NCBI RefSeq assembly: GCF_006345805.1
Contig: NC_043001.1
Location: forward strand, 40,114,001-40,178,000
DNA from: Octopus sinensis
Taxonomy: Eukaryota
Length of the DNA: 64,000 nt
Direction of reading: 5' to 3'
Shown here: piece by piece, positions 48,105 to 61,803 of the stretch
Position numbering within the stretch: the first letter of the stretch is position 1
Layout: every line of letters starts with the position of its first letter
Position numbers and translations under genes: made by a program
Notes under the pieces: generated by a model
Databases searched by the model: none
Told to the model about the DNA's origin: nothing
Seen by the model: the letters and a program-made list of their open reading frames with translations, nothing else

Positions 48105-50369
48105 TATATATATATGTACATGTAAACCTGTGTGATTGTTCATATTTGCACATCTCAGAAATTGTTAAGCTACAAGCAGTGATGTATTATAATTTCTGTC
48201 AACAAATTGTCCACTGACTGCAGTTTAGAAAAATAGAGCAATAAAAAGTCCCTTACTTGTAAAATAAGTAAGGGTTAGCAACATGACAGGCATCCAGCCA
48301 TAAATATATACACTTAACCCATGCTAATAGACATAAGAAAAAATGGATACTTTTTTTTTATACCAGTCTTTCTTAGTTCTTTCCACATTGCATCTATCTT
48401 CTTTCCTCTTTGCATAAAAACATTTAAATGAATGCAATTTTATGCCCTACCCAGTAAATTTTAAAAAGCTATTTCAAGAAGAGACATCACGAAATATATT
48501 TTTTTAAAAAAAGCTTCATACACACACGTTTACACACACTAAAAAGAAATGTGCAAATCATCAGGATTTTTTTTTTTAATATGCAATAATAGAAAAAGAT
48601 TTTTTCCAAGAAGTAAATAGAAATTTATATAATAATAAAACTCAAGAATTATTTTCAATGAGATTTTTCAATATTTAGTATAAAACAAAGAAATCAGATA
48701 CATTCCACAATTCAATACACCATTAAACGATCAAATTATTTATTCTGTCCTATTTAATCAACTTCTGTTAGTTTTTAAAACAAATAAGCTCTGATTCATT
48801 AAAAAAATATTGCTTTTTTTTTCTCTTTGTTGTTAAAAATAGTTCAGCAGTTTTTAGCATTTAATGAAGTTGTTTGTTAGTACTAATCACTACTAAAGAA
48901 AACCTATGTGTGTTAACAATAGTTAATTGAATGCTTGAGAGTAAAGTCATGAATCCAACTGGCCAAATATAGATCTAACTTCTTACCAATGATATACTAA
49001 AGCACTTCTTCCACCAAAGCCAATCTTTCAGGATATTTTTTATGGTCATATATATTAGAAACTGAGCAAGAGAGAAAGAAAGAGCATAACCAGCTACACT
49101 ACTTACACATTTATTATATTTAGTAAGGTTTTAAATACTTAAATATAGGCAAAGCATAAAAAGTTAAGCCTGAATCGTTTAGTTAATGTATGTTATGGTT
49201 TATATTTTCCTTAATTTGAATTAGTATTTTTTTTTAAATACAGAATTAACACCACAAGCAACTTGGCAACAGAATATAGTTTCTGTCCTGTTCAAAGTTG
49301 TCTAAAATATCCCTATTAAATACAATCTATTTACAGTTTCTGGGTATAAAAGTTTTTAAAAATATTAAATTTTCCTATTCCAATAAATATGGAGTTAAAC
49401 ACTGGCCCCATGAGTCTCATAACAACATTTAATTAAAAACAAAGAACATTCACAACTATATATTATAATTTCTGATAAATAAGAAAGACACTTTTAAAAC
49501 TAAAACTAGACAGAAAGTGAAAATATATACAATTATGTTGAACAAATTAAAATAAGCCATTTTATTTTTTTGTACTTTTAAGTCTTAAGGAAGTCTTAAT
49601 AACCCATGACCTTTGGAGGATCTCCAAGACAGTGGTCTTGATACAATTAATGTGGAAGGGTTACATGAATATGTTGCATGATTCAGTTGAATGTTTGTGC
49701 CAAATGAGCAAAACAAAAAAAAAATTTCTTAGTGAAATTAAGTTATAAAATATTTTTTATAACTTACTTTCACTTTAAATAGGTATAAAAAATTAATGAA
49801 TGTTAACCTCTTGCACACAAAAAATTACAATCATAATCATCAAAAAGTGCCATAAAATATTCTCTTTCCTTTGCACCGAGCATGAGCATAATTTTTTTTG
49901 AGATTCCAGCATTGCAGACGTCAAACAAATGTACAAATAGAGAAAAATTGGCACACTTTTTATCCTTCCAGACCTAACTGAAGCATCATGTTCTGTGTGA
50001 TCTAGAATATTGTCTTCATCTACCTTATTTGATGATGAAAGAAAATTAAGAAAAAACTTCATCACTGTATAAATATTCTATTTACAACTGGATTTCACTC
50101 ATTATTAAGGGTCGCTTGTGCTTAGGCACATATGATGAAGTGGACACTTGGGCATCAATTGATGATTGTTATATCCATTAAAAAGATAGAGATCAAAATG
50201 AACAGAAAGAAAATTCCAGAAAACCAAAGTTCTGGTGAGAAAAGACTGGTTAGTACAGATCTCCTAGAAACAGATGCCATTAAAGTAATGATAGAAAAGA
50301 CTGAGAGAAGATACAATATCCCTGTGGACCAGAGACTGGAGTATGTCCATTAATGACTGAATTATAATT

Positions 50370-51280
50370 AGTCAAATGGGTCTTCTCTGAATGTGGTTCA
50401 GGGTGCTTGTTTGTGTAGTTGTTGCACTCTTCTAGATGTGGGAGCAGTACTTTATTGTACTGGAGTCTTGTAAAGTGTCAGCAGTTGTTAGGGTTGACTT
50501 TGAAATGCAGTCTTAGCTATACTAAGGATGTGCCTTCACCAGGAGAAATCCTCAGAGTAGTCAGGCCCAGCATTTGGAGCGACTGTGAAGGCTCAAGCTG
50601 AGTACCATTTATGTTCAGTAAGAATGTAGTGCAGTGGTATTTTCAAGCACTTGAGTTTTTTATGTTGTTAAAAGAAATAAAGTTAGTATAGCCCCACTGA
50701 AGGACACACTTAAGGCCTCCATTTATGGAATCAATGCAGGTTTGGCACATGATGTCTCAGCTGCATATGGATGTTGCATAGTTATGGAAATTTAAGGAGG
50801 AATGAAGGATCATGTACAGAACAAAGAGAATAAACGACAAAAGCAAACCCCCAGGGAACACCAGAGTTAATTGAAAGTGGAGCAAAAAGAACTCCATCAA
50901 CATATGACATGATAAAGTAGCTACTGATGCAAAAGATGAGATAGATAAAGCCAGTAGGTGGACAGTTTAGATAGAAGATTTGTATGTTAGACACAGAAGA
51001 AGCCTTTGCTGATGTCTAGGGCAACAACATTGCTTTCACCAAAACTCTTTGACAGCTCACTGGCAAATAACATCAGAGAGTAGGGAACAGTGAATCTGGT
51101 TCTGCAGAAACCATACTGGTGGTCACTGAGGAGAGAGAATGAGAGTGGTTGAAGGATGTCATTGTTAATAGCTGTCTCCATTTACTCAAAGATGTTAGAG
51201 GTGAAAGTAATAGGACAATAGTTGGCTGGGTCAGAGGGACTGCCTTTATTTGGAACAGGACACACTGAAACATGCTAAAT
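50370..51280 (-). mobile_element. CR1/L2-group LINE RT fragment
   Basis: LLSDHQYGFCRTR...GESNVVALDISKGF and SINSGVPWG. Related fragments on plus at about 10000-10910, 53200-53580 and 54030-54790 (SESVLALDISK). Confidence 0.75.
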
Positions 51281-51854
51281 GTCAGGCTATATCTCTACTT
51301 CCTCAAGGGAAAAAAAAATCAATAAAACAAATTTTCATAACATTTGTTTTCTTTAAAATGTCAAGGATAGGAAAATTTGAATTGAAAGTCACAAATGTAT
51401 GGTAATGCTGATGTGTAGCTTTATGATTGCACAACCAAAACAGGTTTGAACAGATTGGCACTAACTACCCCACCTACTTTTCTTTAAACATACATATAAA
51501 ACAAACCACCAATAAATTACTTTATTATTACTAGTGAAAAACATTACCCACACTAACAATAGGTTTAGTAATTATCATAGTTTTCTGTATGCGGGGGAGA
51601 AATGGTGATTACACTATAATTTATTTGTCATGTACTTTGTGAACAGTGACATAGTTGATTATAGGTTTCCAAAGGGTCAACCACTAGTTCATTATACTTC
51701 TGGATGGTGAAAGTGACAAAAGAGTGACTTAATAAATAGTACAAGATATCTTGGAACAAACAAGGAAACCAGTAGCTAAGCTAATTTTATGAAAAACCCT
51801 AATTCATAGAAGAAATTGAAGGGTTACAAGGAATATTCACCAGTAAATACACCA

Positions 51855-52110
51855 AGAATACCTGAAAGCGCTGCATCTCTACTCTCTTGAACACCAAAAA
51901 GAGATATATACTATCACATACGTATGAAAAATCATGGAGGGGCATGTTCCAAACTTCAGCATTGGAGCGAATTTAGAAGTCCCCAACTGTTCAACTACCT
52001 ATCGATTAGAGATATAAAAGGGAACCAAAAGAACAAACTCATAACAATGATACTGTACAAGTCAATCGTTCAAGGATGAATTCAGGGGAGATCAGCTGCT
52101 AGAAAACTCA
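51855..52110 (+). mobile_element. CR1-type LINE 3' end
   Basis: LKALHLYSLEHQKEIYTITYV*KIMEGHVPN resembles the CR1 C-terminal L.L.SLERRR...KI..G motif. Confidence 0.6.
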
Positions 52111-54859
52111 ATCATATGTAAACACACAGTCCATGCAGTACTTTACATGGTTGCAGTGATCTTCATTGGTGGCCATAGGAATTTCAAGTTCCCCTCATAA
52201 CTTATCCAGATTAAAGGAGGTGTAAGGCCATCATTCGATGGAAAAATTGGTGCAGAACCTGTAATGGAGAAGCCTTGGACTAATGTATTTGCTTTATTTG
52301 TTGTTTTCCTAAGTTTAATGTTAGTGAGTTGCCAGAATTAGATTTGACTGTTGACCATACAACTAACAGAAACAACCAAATAAACAGCTGTCTATAGGAA
52401 ATATCATACCTTACAATAATACAAAGCTTATATGAACCAGTGAACATGTTGCTATGCTACAATCAAAATTAATCCACACCAACACATCTCATCTAGCAAA
52501 TTACAATTACACACCTTAAATCAACTTTTGTAAAGCAAATCCTAATACAAAGAAATGGAAAATGTTCTAACTTCCTTCAGGTTTAACTCACTCTACCTCA
52601 TTTCTCACATGCACACAAAAGCAGGCCCACACTCACAGAATGGGTTTTCACACTCTAAACTAGCTCAATGAAATCATTTCATACAGAGAAGTAAATCAGT
52701 TTTTCTTTGACTTTGATTATGTGACAAGCACTTTGAGTCAACAACCCAATCTACATATTCAACATGAATACTAGTAGTAAGTGCTTTTGTAAATTTTGAA
52801 ACTGGAATAATGAATATAATATAAACAAATAACAAGGAATCACCTTGTACTGTTTATTTAGAGAGGGTTACTCTTTGGTACATAATATGATCAAAATTTA
52901 CAATAGTTTAAAGCAAAACAACTCAATGCAGTAGCAAGACCATCAGAGATAAAGTTACTGTTTGTAGGGACATATGCTTCTTACACAGTTAATCAGATAA
53001 TATTGGAAAGTGCTATTTCAAGTAACTAGTTTAGCAACTTCATTGCCAGCTGTATCGTGATACCATAGATGCAATGGATGGCAATTACAGAGGTTTCTAA
53101 CTGTTGAACCAAAATTTGAAATTAAGCAAGAAAGTTTTAATCAAAGACAAAATTGTCTTCGACTTCCTGCCAGGTCATGAAATGACATACCATTTTCTAG
53201 TGATGTAACTAAGAAACATTCTCTCAAATTACAGTCAATCTTTTTGGCCTCTTGCCAAAAGAATCTACCAGTTGCAAAGAATCCTCCTCTTCTCTACTTT
53301 TCAACTTTGGTAATTCTGTAAGCAATACTCCCACAGAGAATGCCTCCATATTTACTGTCCACTTTGCATCAGACCTCACATACAAGGTAAATTTTCTTCC
53401 AAAACTATCCCAACTAACCCTTTCCATTATAACAGGTTTACCACTACATACACTTATACATTATGATATCACCTTTGTTCATTTAAAACCAAAAAGGCCA
53501 TCAGCCTTGATATTTCCTTTCTATCACTCTCACTTAATGTGCCATAGAGATATCCCCTACACTCACTAAACTCTTCAAATCCCTCGACAGAAATCATCAT
53601 CATCAACATTTAAAATCCATTTTCCATGGTGACATGGGTTGAAGGGCTTGACAGGAACTGGCAAGGCCAGGGCCCACACCAGATTCCATAGTCTGCTTTG
53701 GCTTGGTTTCTACAGCTGGATGCCCTTCTTAACACCAATCACTCTACAAGAGACTGGGTGCTTTTCATGTGCTACCATTACCAGTGTTTTTTTTTTAAGT
53801 GGCACCAGCACCCACACCACTGCTTTTTTTATGTGACACCTTGATTTTAGGACCTCAATTCTGTTGTGGTGGGGGAAGTCTTTTCAAGTACAGCAATATG
53901 CCACATATCTCAGTCTTCTGTCATCTCTTTCGTCAAGTCCAATGTTTCCAGATCAGCCTTCAATACTTTGTCCCATGTCTTCCTGGGTTTTCCTCTTCCA
54001 CAACTTCCTAATTTTTAGAAAGCTGCTACAATGTATTCCATTGCCAAAAAGGACAACTTCTATGATTTGGTTAGCTATCATCCAGCCATTCTGACTTTCA
54101 ACTATCCACAAAAATGACAGGCAGCTATTAACAACAACCTTCAACATCTGAAATTTTTCCTTCTTTGGTGACCATTTGTACAACTATCACAAAGCCCAAT
54201 CTACTGAAAGCTTACTCTCTTATGACACACATCAGTGGGTCCTCATCTTCAAAAAATTTAGTGAAAGTGTTCTTGCACTAGACATCAGTAAGTATTTGAC
54301 TATGTCTAACACACTAGTTTCCTGGTAAAACAGCTTGCTTGTGGGTTGTCTCTTGGGTCAGCTTCTTGTCAGATTACACCTTCACAATTTGTATTGATCG
54401 AACTCTTTCACCCTCCCTATCAACTTTGGTGTGCCATAAGGCTTGGTTTACCTTCCTCCTGTACATCTTGCAATCACCTCTAACAATGCTCATTACTGCA
54501 CAGATTATCCCACCTTTCATTCCTCTCTAAAACAATGCATCCCTGCATCATCAACATGCATCCCAGACAGCTCAAACCAATCCTGCACTAACTGCTTCAG
54601 CAGAGACTTTGAAAACATCTGCTAATGAAATCATGATTATCTTATTTCTGTCATTATCAGCAACAGCAGCAACACTTAACTTTCTCTCAGCTTTGACATG
54701 GTTTCTATAACTGAATGCTCTTCCTAACATAGCAACTTTACAGAGAGTACTGGATGAATATCTTGTGGTGCTATTATACATTTCTCTGCTGGCTATAGTA
54801 CTTTACAAAATGTATAGTAGTATATAGAAATTTTTACATGTATGTGTGTGTGAGTGATG

Positions 54860-55570
54860 ACCTGGCAGAACTGTTAGAACATTGGAAAAAAAATTCCTTA
54901 TATGTGTTTTGATGCTCTATATTCTGAGTTCAGATTTCATCAAGGTCAACCTTGCCTTCCACCCTTTTTGGGGCCAATGTATATATTCAGGATATATAAA
55001 ATACTTCATTGAGATTCCAAAAATAAAATGAAGTACCAGTCAAGTATTGGGGTTCAAGGTATCAACTTATCCCCTTCCCTCAAAATTGTTAGCCTCGCAT
55101 CAGAAACTATTATTATAATCATCAACATCACTTAGAGGCAATGGTGTACGAGAAGTGTTAATGTGTCAGAGAAAATGCGGTGCAGAATTTTCTTCAACTC
55201 TATATACTGTGTCTAAATCCTATCAAAGTTAATTTTGGCTTTCATTCTTTCAGGGTTGACAAAATAAAGTACCAGCCTAGTTCTGGAGTCAACTTAATTT
55301 GCTGTTCCTCTCTCCAACAATCTGCAGCCACGTACCTATGCTAGAAACGTTATTATTAGTAGTAGTGGTAGTATGGTGGTAAATTCACAAGCATGCCAGA
55401 CAAAAAGTTTCATGACAATTCTTCCAGCTTTGTGTTCAAATGGCACTTAGGTTGACTTAGCCTTTCATCCTAATGGGAGTAAATAGAATAAGTATCAGTT
55501 CAGCACTGAATCAATATAATCAATTAGTCACTATCTATCAAAATTTCAGGCCTTGTGCTATAATAGAAAG

Positions 55571-55606
<36 letters not shown>

Positions 55607-55810
55607 GGTGGCAAGCTGGCAGAATCATTAGCACACCAGGCAAAATGCTTAGTGTTTCGTCTGCTGCTATGTTCTGAGTTCAAATTCCACCAAGGTCGAC
55701 TTTACTTTTCATACTTTTGGGGTCAATAGTGTACTGGGGTCAATGTAATCGACTATCCCACTCCCCCAAATTTGTGCTTATAATAGAAAGGATTATTATT
55801 ATCATCAACT
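54860..55810 (+). mobile_element. Four head-to-tail tRNA-derived SINEs (family B) with (TTA)n tails
   Basis: Each unit has ct(g/t)agttcaaat(t/c)cc B-box, aggtcgac/caac-tt-gcc-ttcatcc and aagtaccag motifs, and ends in an attatt tail (longest 55572-55603). Confidence 0.85.
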
Positions 55811-56539
55811 TTATCATCAATATTTGCAATTTTTCCTGAAGGACCACTGAAGAGGATAACTTTTAGGGCATTTTAACAGGTTTCTCTAAAAATAATTTGC
55901 CAAGCAGAATTTATAAATTTGTGTGTTCAAACTGAACTATGCATGGAGACATGCTTTTGATGCAAGCAAGCACTCTTTTCATATATACAATGGGAAAAAT
56001 TTAGAAACATGCTGAATACAGAGTATGATCTTAGTTTTCACTAAAGCTCAATTACACCAAACATTTATGGAAAGAAAAGCAATCATATCCAAACCATTAG
56101 GAACTAGTTTGGTTTAATTTATCAATTCCTTTCCCTGTTTCAATTTTCACTTCTAATCTTTGAAAACTTCAATTTATGCTAAAGATATTTTTCAGTGGCA
56201 CTTTAAAAATATATTTCTTTTTTGAAAGTAACAGGCACATTGAATAAAGTATGAGGGTTTTTTATTAAAGCTGAAATCACATTCTTATGAACCTGAAGAA
56301 AACAATGGGACATTAATCCACTGGCCTCTACAATGATAGTAAAAATTTTTAAAAACTACAAGGTTATGAAACCTAACATATATAGCTTCATAAGTTAATC
56401 ATTATGAATACAGTAATACAGAGCATGACAATGAATGTCTATTTTGTTTTGCTGTTTCTTTCTGTTTATATTTGATATATATTTCTATTATTAATGGTTA
56501 GCACTGGTAGTTTTTTGGGTTTTTTTTTTTAGTTTATCA

Positions 56540-57060
56540 ACAGTTTTTTTTTTCAGCTAAACTGCAGGCAATCCTTTTGGACCATTGACAAAATGATTTA
56601 TACCAACTTTTTTCCTTCCACTTCTCAACCAGTAGCTCTGTAAGCAATACTCCTTTCAACAAAACTACCATATTTGTTGCCCTTTTTACATCCAACTCCA
56701 CACACAGGTAATGCTCCTCCAAAATTTTCTCTTCTACCAGGCTCACCACCATGTACACCAGGAGTCACCAAACTACAGTCCATAGGCTGGATTCAGCCTG
56801 CAAGGTCAGTTCATCCAGTCCTCTGCTGCACTATACCTGTAATGAGAGTTCATTTGCTTCTGGTATGGCATCAGTGTTTAGAACAACTTAGGTCTGTGAG
56901 CAAACATTTTCAAAAACGATGTATGTGAAGTCAGCACATCGAATGAGGTTGACTGATGAACATTTGAAAGCAATTCTCTTGGTTGGATGCAGCAATTCCA
57001 AAGCAAATATTGATTATATCTAAAATCAAGACACCAGTTTCACAAATCTCACTAACCTTT
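56540..57060 (+). mobile_element. hAT (Buster/SPIN-like) transposase C-terminal remnant
   Basis: 56895-57020 reads CEQTFSKTMYVKSAHRMRLTDEHLKAILLVG, the hAT dimerisation-domain CEQxFS...RxRLTDEHL motif; no termini identified. Confidence 0.7.
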
Positions 57061-57164
57061 TTTGCTGCTTAGTTTGTGAGATTTGGATATGTGCACACTG
57101 GGTGTGATATAACTATCTTATTGCTAACATCACCTTCTTTGAAAGTTTTTTGGTTGATTTTAGT

Positions 57165-57420
57165 TTTTGTATATACTCCAAAATGGTGAAATTCACTTTA
57201 TGGATAGTGCTGTCATCAATGGCGGAATGTGGTTGTCCAGGTATAGGTGCAGTTTCCACTGATGTCTAACCACATTTGAACTGGCAATGCCAGAGCTTGA
57301 CTATGTCATATGATGGTGCATTGTCACCATAAACTAGCTTCATCCCATTGAAAGTCTCTTTTGGTGTACAACCTTTCAAGTATAAGAACCTGATCGCTGA
57401 TCTGCATTCAACTGCCTCCA
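57165..57420 (-). mobile_element. Mariner transposase N-terminal (HTH) fragment
   Basis: Reads KGCTPKETFNGMKLVYGDNAPSYDIVKLWHCQFKCG*TSVETAPIPGQP, the typical mariner HTH followed by a decayed GRP motif. Confidence 0.7.
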
Positions 57421-58268
57421 TTGTAATACCTTAGTCCACTTCAGCAGCCGTAAAAGACAAACGAATACTAGTGGAAAGTTGCAATTTACAATCTGACATG
57501 TAGAGACATGTATGATTATACCTGTACAAGTTCTGGTTCCTGCAACAACCAGAAGATGGTCAGGGGAAATCTTTAACAAACATCCCTTGCATCTCTTTCC
57601 CAACTCCCTAACTGCACCTTGGACTTACCTGATCATCACCCATATTATCTCCACTACCCCTCCTAAGCTTCCTTTCAAGATCATTCCTCTGGAATTCCCA
57701 TCTTACTCATGTTTTCCTCAAACCAGCAACTTACACTTGTTCAATAACTACACTGATCTCATCAACCTTAGAGAACAGACCAAGACCATGAGCACAGTGT
57801 CTTCCTCCAGACCAAACTATTAAGAAAACAAAATATATCTGCATGATTTTTTTTTCTTTACTGACTGACCACAAAGCACTTCAATATATTCCCTGGACAC
57901 TAACCCTATATTTCCTAATCCTTTCCAATTCAAATTACCTTTACACTTAACTGCATCAGAAATAGAATTAAAATAAAAGGAAGATTTGAAATTTTCAAAA
58001 ATAGGTAAACTTGATTACATGTGATTATTTCAAGTATTTATATGCACACTTTTCTTTTGAAGATTCAGAGTCATCAACATTAATTTGATTTTAGGGCCAA
58101 ATCCACTCAGAGAAGTGTTGATGTAAGTCATACTGATGATACAAGCAATGAAAAATGTATCATTGAGCATTGATATTGCAAAAACTAGAATGCTTGTCAG
58201 AGACATTGAAACATTTTGTAGTGTGGCTTGGTGATATCCTCACTGTTTGAGGGATATATTAGAAATAA

Positions 58269-59057
58269 TGTCGTAGCAGATAACAGTTAACTTTTGGCTG
58301 CTGTTGTGTCCACTGCTCTGATTGGTTGGCATTGGCGTAGTTTGTCTCTTGATTTATTTTGTGCCAATGTAGAAACCAACCAGTCAGAACCTTCCAATAA
58401 GATCACGTAACACGCTCTTTTGGATTTTCTTCTGGAGCCTCTAGCATGTTATAAAAGGCCCCAGCATTCACAATATCTTGGTCTTTGGTTCTAGTCCTTC
58501 TCAGGACTAACCTCTGACCACAGAGCAACTCAGCCAGTTCCAGTTCCAGCGACAGACAACATGCAGCAACTCAGGACTGTTCTCCACCGTCGACTTCAAC
58601 GATACCTACACAACATTCACCCACTGTCTGTGACTACTTCACCAAGGTTAACAGTCCAAAACTACCTGCAAGAATTTCTGTATCAAGTAACCCAGCATGA
58701 CATAATAGCCACAACCTCTACACAACATGTGTAGTAACCGGTTCTGCCTCATGACCTCAACTTCTTGTACAGGACTACAACTATTGTGTAACCTTATTAC
58801 AAACTGGTAAATTAACTCCATCTTGTCATAAATATCCTGAGAGACTTATTCTATGCTCTGTATTGTATTCTGTCTCACATGCATACACTTATGTTCACTC
58901 TTGTAACGTTCACACAAACACAAACACTTGTCGCACGCACTCAAACTCTCCACTCTGCTAGCACCCATACACACACTATTATTGTACACGCCTGTAAATA
59001 AAAGTCTTTCACTCAGACAGTAGAACGGTTGTGTCATCTTTCTTATTCCTTTTGGCA
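58269..59057 (+). mobile_element. Solo-LTR-like element (TG...CA) with CCAAT-rich hairpin, TATA and AATAAA
   Basis: TG at 58269; ATTGG/CCAAT inverted pair 58317-58389; TATAAAA 58450; AATAAA 58997; ggca end at 59057. Partial homologue at about 28465-28700. No TSD found. Confidence 0.45.
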
Positions 59058-59436
59058 TTTATTCTTTATACCATGTATTTGGCTATATTCTTCTGTAGGG
59101 GCAATCATACAAAGTTTAAAAGGAGACATTTCTGTCACCAACTCCTTTATATATGGTGGTTTCACTACAATTTCTTTGGGATTTAAGACAATGAATTTTA
59201 GTCTAATTAAGCATATGACTTTTTACTCAATCATATAATATCAGGGTCATATAGTAACATTTCAGCTATTTCAGTTTATAGGAACTTTGAAATTCATATG
59301 TGAGAGGTGATACAAACTTAGAGAATGCATCATTTACCAATACCTAGCTTTTAAAACATTTTCTGTACAATACAAGACTGGATTTCTGTAGTATCTTATT
59401 AATGCCTACAATTTGTTTTACAGAATCAACCATTAA

Positions 59437-59656
59437 CCCTTTAGCATTTAAACTGGCTATATCCAGCCCAAATATTCTACTTCTTTTATATTCAAACTAG
59501 TCAGATTTGGCCTTTCACAGCTACCCTACAATGTCATTCTAAAATTAAACAATCACATCATCAAAATCTGAAGGCTATGAGATAAGGCCTAATTTAATTC
59601 AAGCCATGGAAATAATTAAGAATTACATTTGACAGGGTAATCTGAATGCTAAAGGG
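59437..59656. mobile_element. piggyBac-type MITE (220 bp)
   Basis: TTAA on both sides (59433-59436, 59657-59660); perfect 12-bp TIR ccctttagcatt / aatgctaaaggg; no coding capacity. Confidence 0.88.
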
Positions 59657-61298
59657 TTAAAGTATAAAATTGGAAGAAAGAAAAATAACTTTTACAAAAA
59701 TGCCAGGTCATTTTGCCCTTCAATAATAATGTATACATAAAGCAGTCATTCTTTATTATATTGAGAACTAAATACAGAAATAAGAATTCGGAAAGATTTC
59801 CTTTTCTCTCTTTTCCAAAAAAATTAAACCAGACAACACTGTAGATACTCTGATTAGTTTGATTGACAGTGCAACCGAAGTATCTACCAGTTCATTATCG
59901 AAATATTTTGCTATCTCCGCAGCTCACCAAGCTAAATATTGCAGTGGTAGTGACAGAGCCCTATAGTAAGTTCACCACTTCGTGTTTTTAAGTTAGATAT
60001 CTGAATATAAATTAACAAGTGGGCGCCGCTCCTTTCAGAACTGACACCTGTTTTCAACAAAGCAGACAACGGTGAGCTGCACTTTATAGGTTTATCACAA
60101 ATTTGAAATGTTGATATTGTGGTTAGTAGTCTCGAACCTTAGACGATGTTATTGTATCTAAAAGGTAAACATGGAATTAATCGCTTTTTAATGTTTGCTT
60201 CGTTTTCTTTGTAATTTATTTTAATCAAGCAAAGAAAATTTTCAAACTTTAACTGCACCTTTTACTACCAGAGTAAATTTTCCAAACACATTCAAATGCT
60301 AATTTTGTCTCTTTCATATAAAATCCAAAAAAATAATAATAATATAGAATTACTCAAAGGATCTGTTACTGTGTCTTGCAGTAATAAATATTTCGAAATG
60401 ACAAAAGTGAAAGTTCAAATAAATATAAAATTCTAACTCCTTTAAAATTATTCAAATTATTAACAACTTGGTCATCTTTTTAAATTTAAAAAAACAAAAG
60501 GAGAGAGACTTTATATGAAATGAACCTATATTGAAGGAGCACGATTTTAGACTGTAATAAATTTATTTTGAGAAAGCAATCGTTTAACAGAAACAAAGCC
60601 AGATATTACAGTTTTGCCATATGTTATGAAAATAATACACAGGAAAAGGATATTAAAATGGAATAAAATAGGATAAACAAATCGTTATCTAATTTTCCAA
60701 CCTAAATATTTTCTGTGGTCCTCTTTACAGTGAATTGAAGACAGCAGGAAGATTTGGGGGGATTATAACAAAATTTCGTAAGACATTTTCTAAAACGTAA
60801 TTAAACATTCATAAAATGTTTAAAAAAACATTCGTTTTTTGTTGTTGCTGTTTTCAGAGGGAAGAAAACCAGAATAAGTACGAGAGGTCATCCTTTCCTA
60901 GTTTTTGCTTTGTTTTTTATTGAAATCGTTATCCAGTTGCTAACATTGTAAACATGAACGATGTTGTTACAATAAAGAAAAATATATTCGACACGGTAAA
61001 CGGATAGCTTAAGTCCCAAATTATATCTCTGGAATTTGACAATGTCTCACATGTGATTTATGCCTAACATAATTTCAGATGCCAAAAAAAAAGAGAAATG
61101 GAACCATTTATATTTACAATTTAAAGTGACCAGCAGGATACAGGAGGCGTGATCCGATAAACAAGAAAACATAAAACGGATTCGGCTTGAATAATATTAG
61201 TTGAGAATTCGATAATTACTGTAAACGTTTGTTAATTTTTTAAAAAGTAATGAAAAAATTCTTCAAAAGTATAATTTTTTAAAAATGTACAAACTAAC

Positions 61299-61395
61299 CT
61301 TCACAAATGGGAGCTCCTGTTTGAAGATAAATGACAAACTGCCGCGTGGAACTTCTTTGATGTTACCTCTACTTCGCAGACGAAAAACTGACACT
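61299..61395 (-). other. NUCB2: Candidate non-coding first exon (5'UTR) of the nucleobindin gene; TSS end approximate
   Basis: Donor GAAG|GTTAGT at 61299/61298; no ATG in the segment; non-repetitive and CpG-containing; directly downstream of a CCAAT box. Exon 2 has an acceptor before its ATG, so an upstream exon is required. The link across the 17-kb intron is inference. Confidence 0.45.
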
Positions 61396-61404
61396 ACGCC
61401 TTTT

Positions 61405-61421
61405 CTGATTGGCTGACATCA
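61405..61421 (-). promoter_or_regulatory. NF-Y-type CCAAT box (AGCCAATCAG) with adjacent CRE/AP-1-like TGATGTCA
   Basis: Plus strand ctgattggctgacatca = minus strand tgatgtcagccaatcag, about 110 bp from the candidate exon-1 donor, in a CpG-retaining region. Confidence 0.45.
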
Positions 61422-61655
61422 TTCCCAGCTGATGAAGTTCATATTTTTATATAAATAACATACCTAGGATACATTTATTACATTACTCGTATTTTAATAG
61501 ATTTTTTTTTTTTGCTAAGTAACTACACAATGGTGTGGGGGTATATACGAAAAGCAGGATGAAATTAAATTCACTTACACGCGCATACGCGAAAACATGG
61601 AACCAAATTAAACATATATACACACACACACATATATATTTGTTTGTATCTGTGC

Positions 61656-61700
<45 letters not shown>

Positions 61701-61741
61701 TTTGTAGAAAACAAATCCGAAGAAGAAGCACGGTCTAAGAG

Positions 61742-61766
61742 GTAGATAGATAGATAGATGGGTAGG

Positions 61767-61803
<37 letters not shown>

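Noticed and set aside
49793-50353. Acidic ORF (LSSSNKVDEDNILDH...) suggestive of a piggyBac transposase N-terminus
   Set aside because: No TTAA-CCC terminus or catalytic motif found; too decayed to call.
61380-61415. ER-stress element (ERSE) in the promoter
   Set aside because: CCAAT-N9 is followed by CGTAG, not CCACG; the CCACG near 61354-61358 is too far away.
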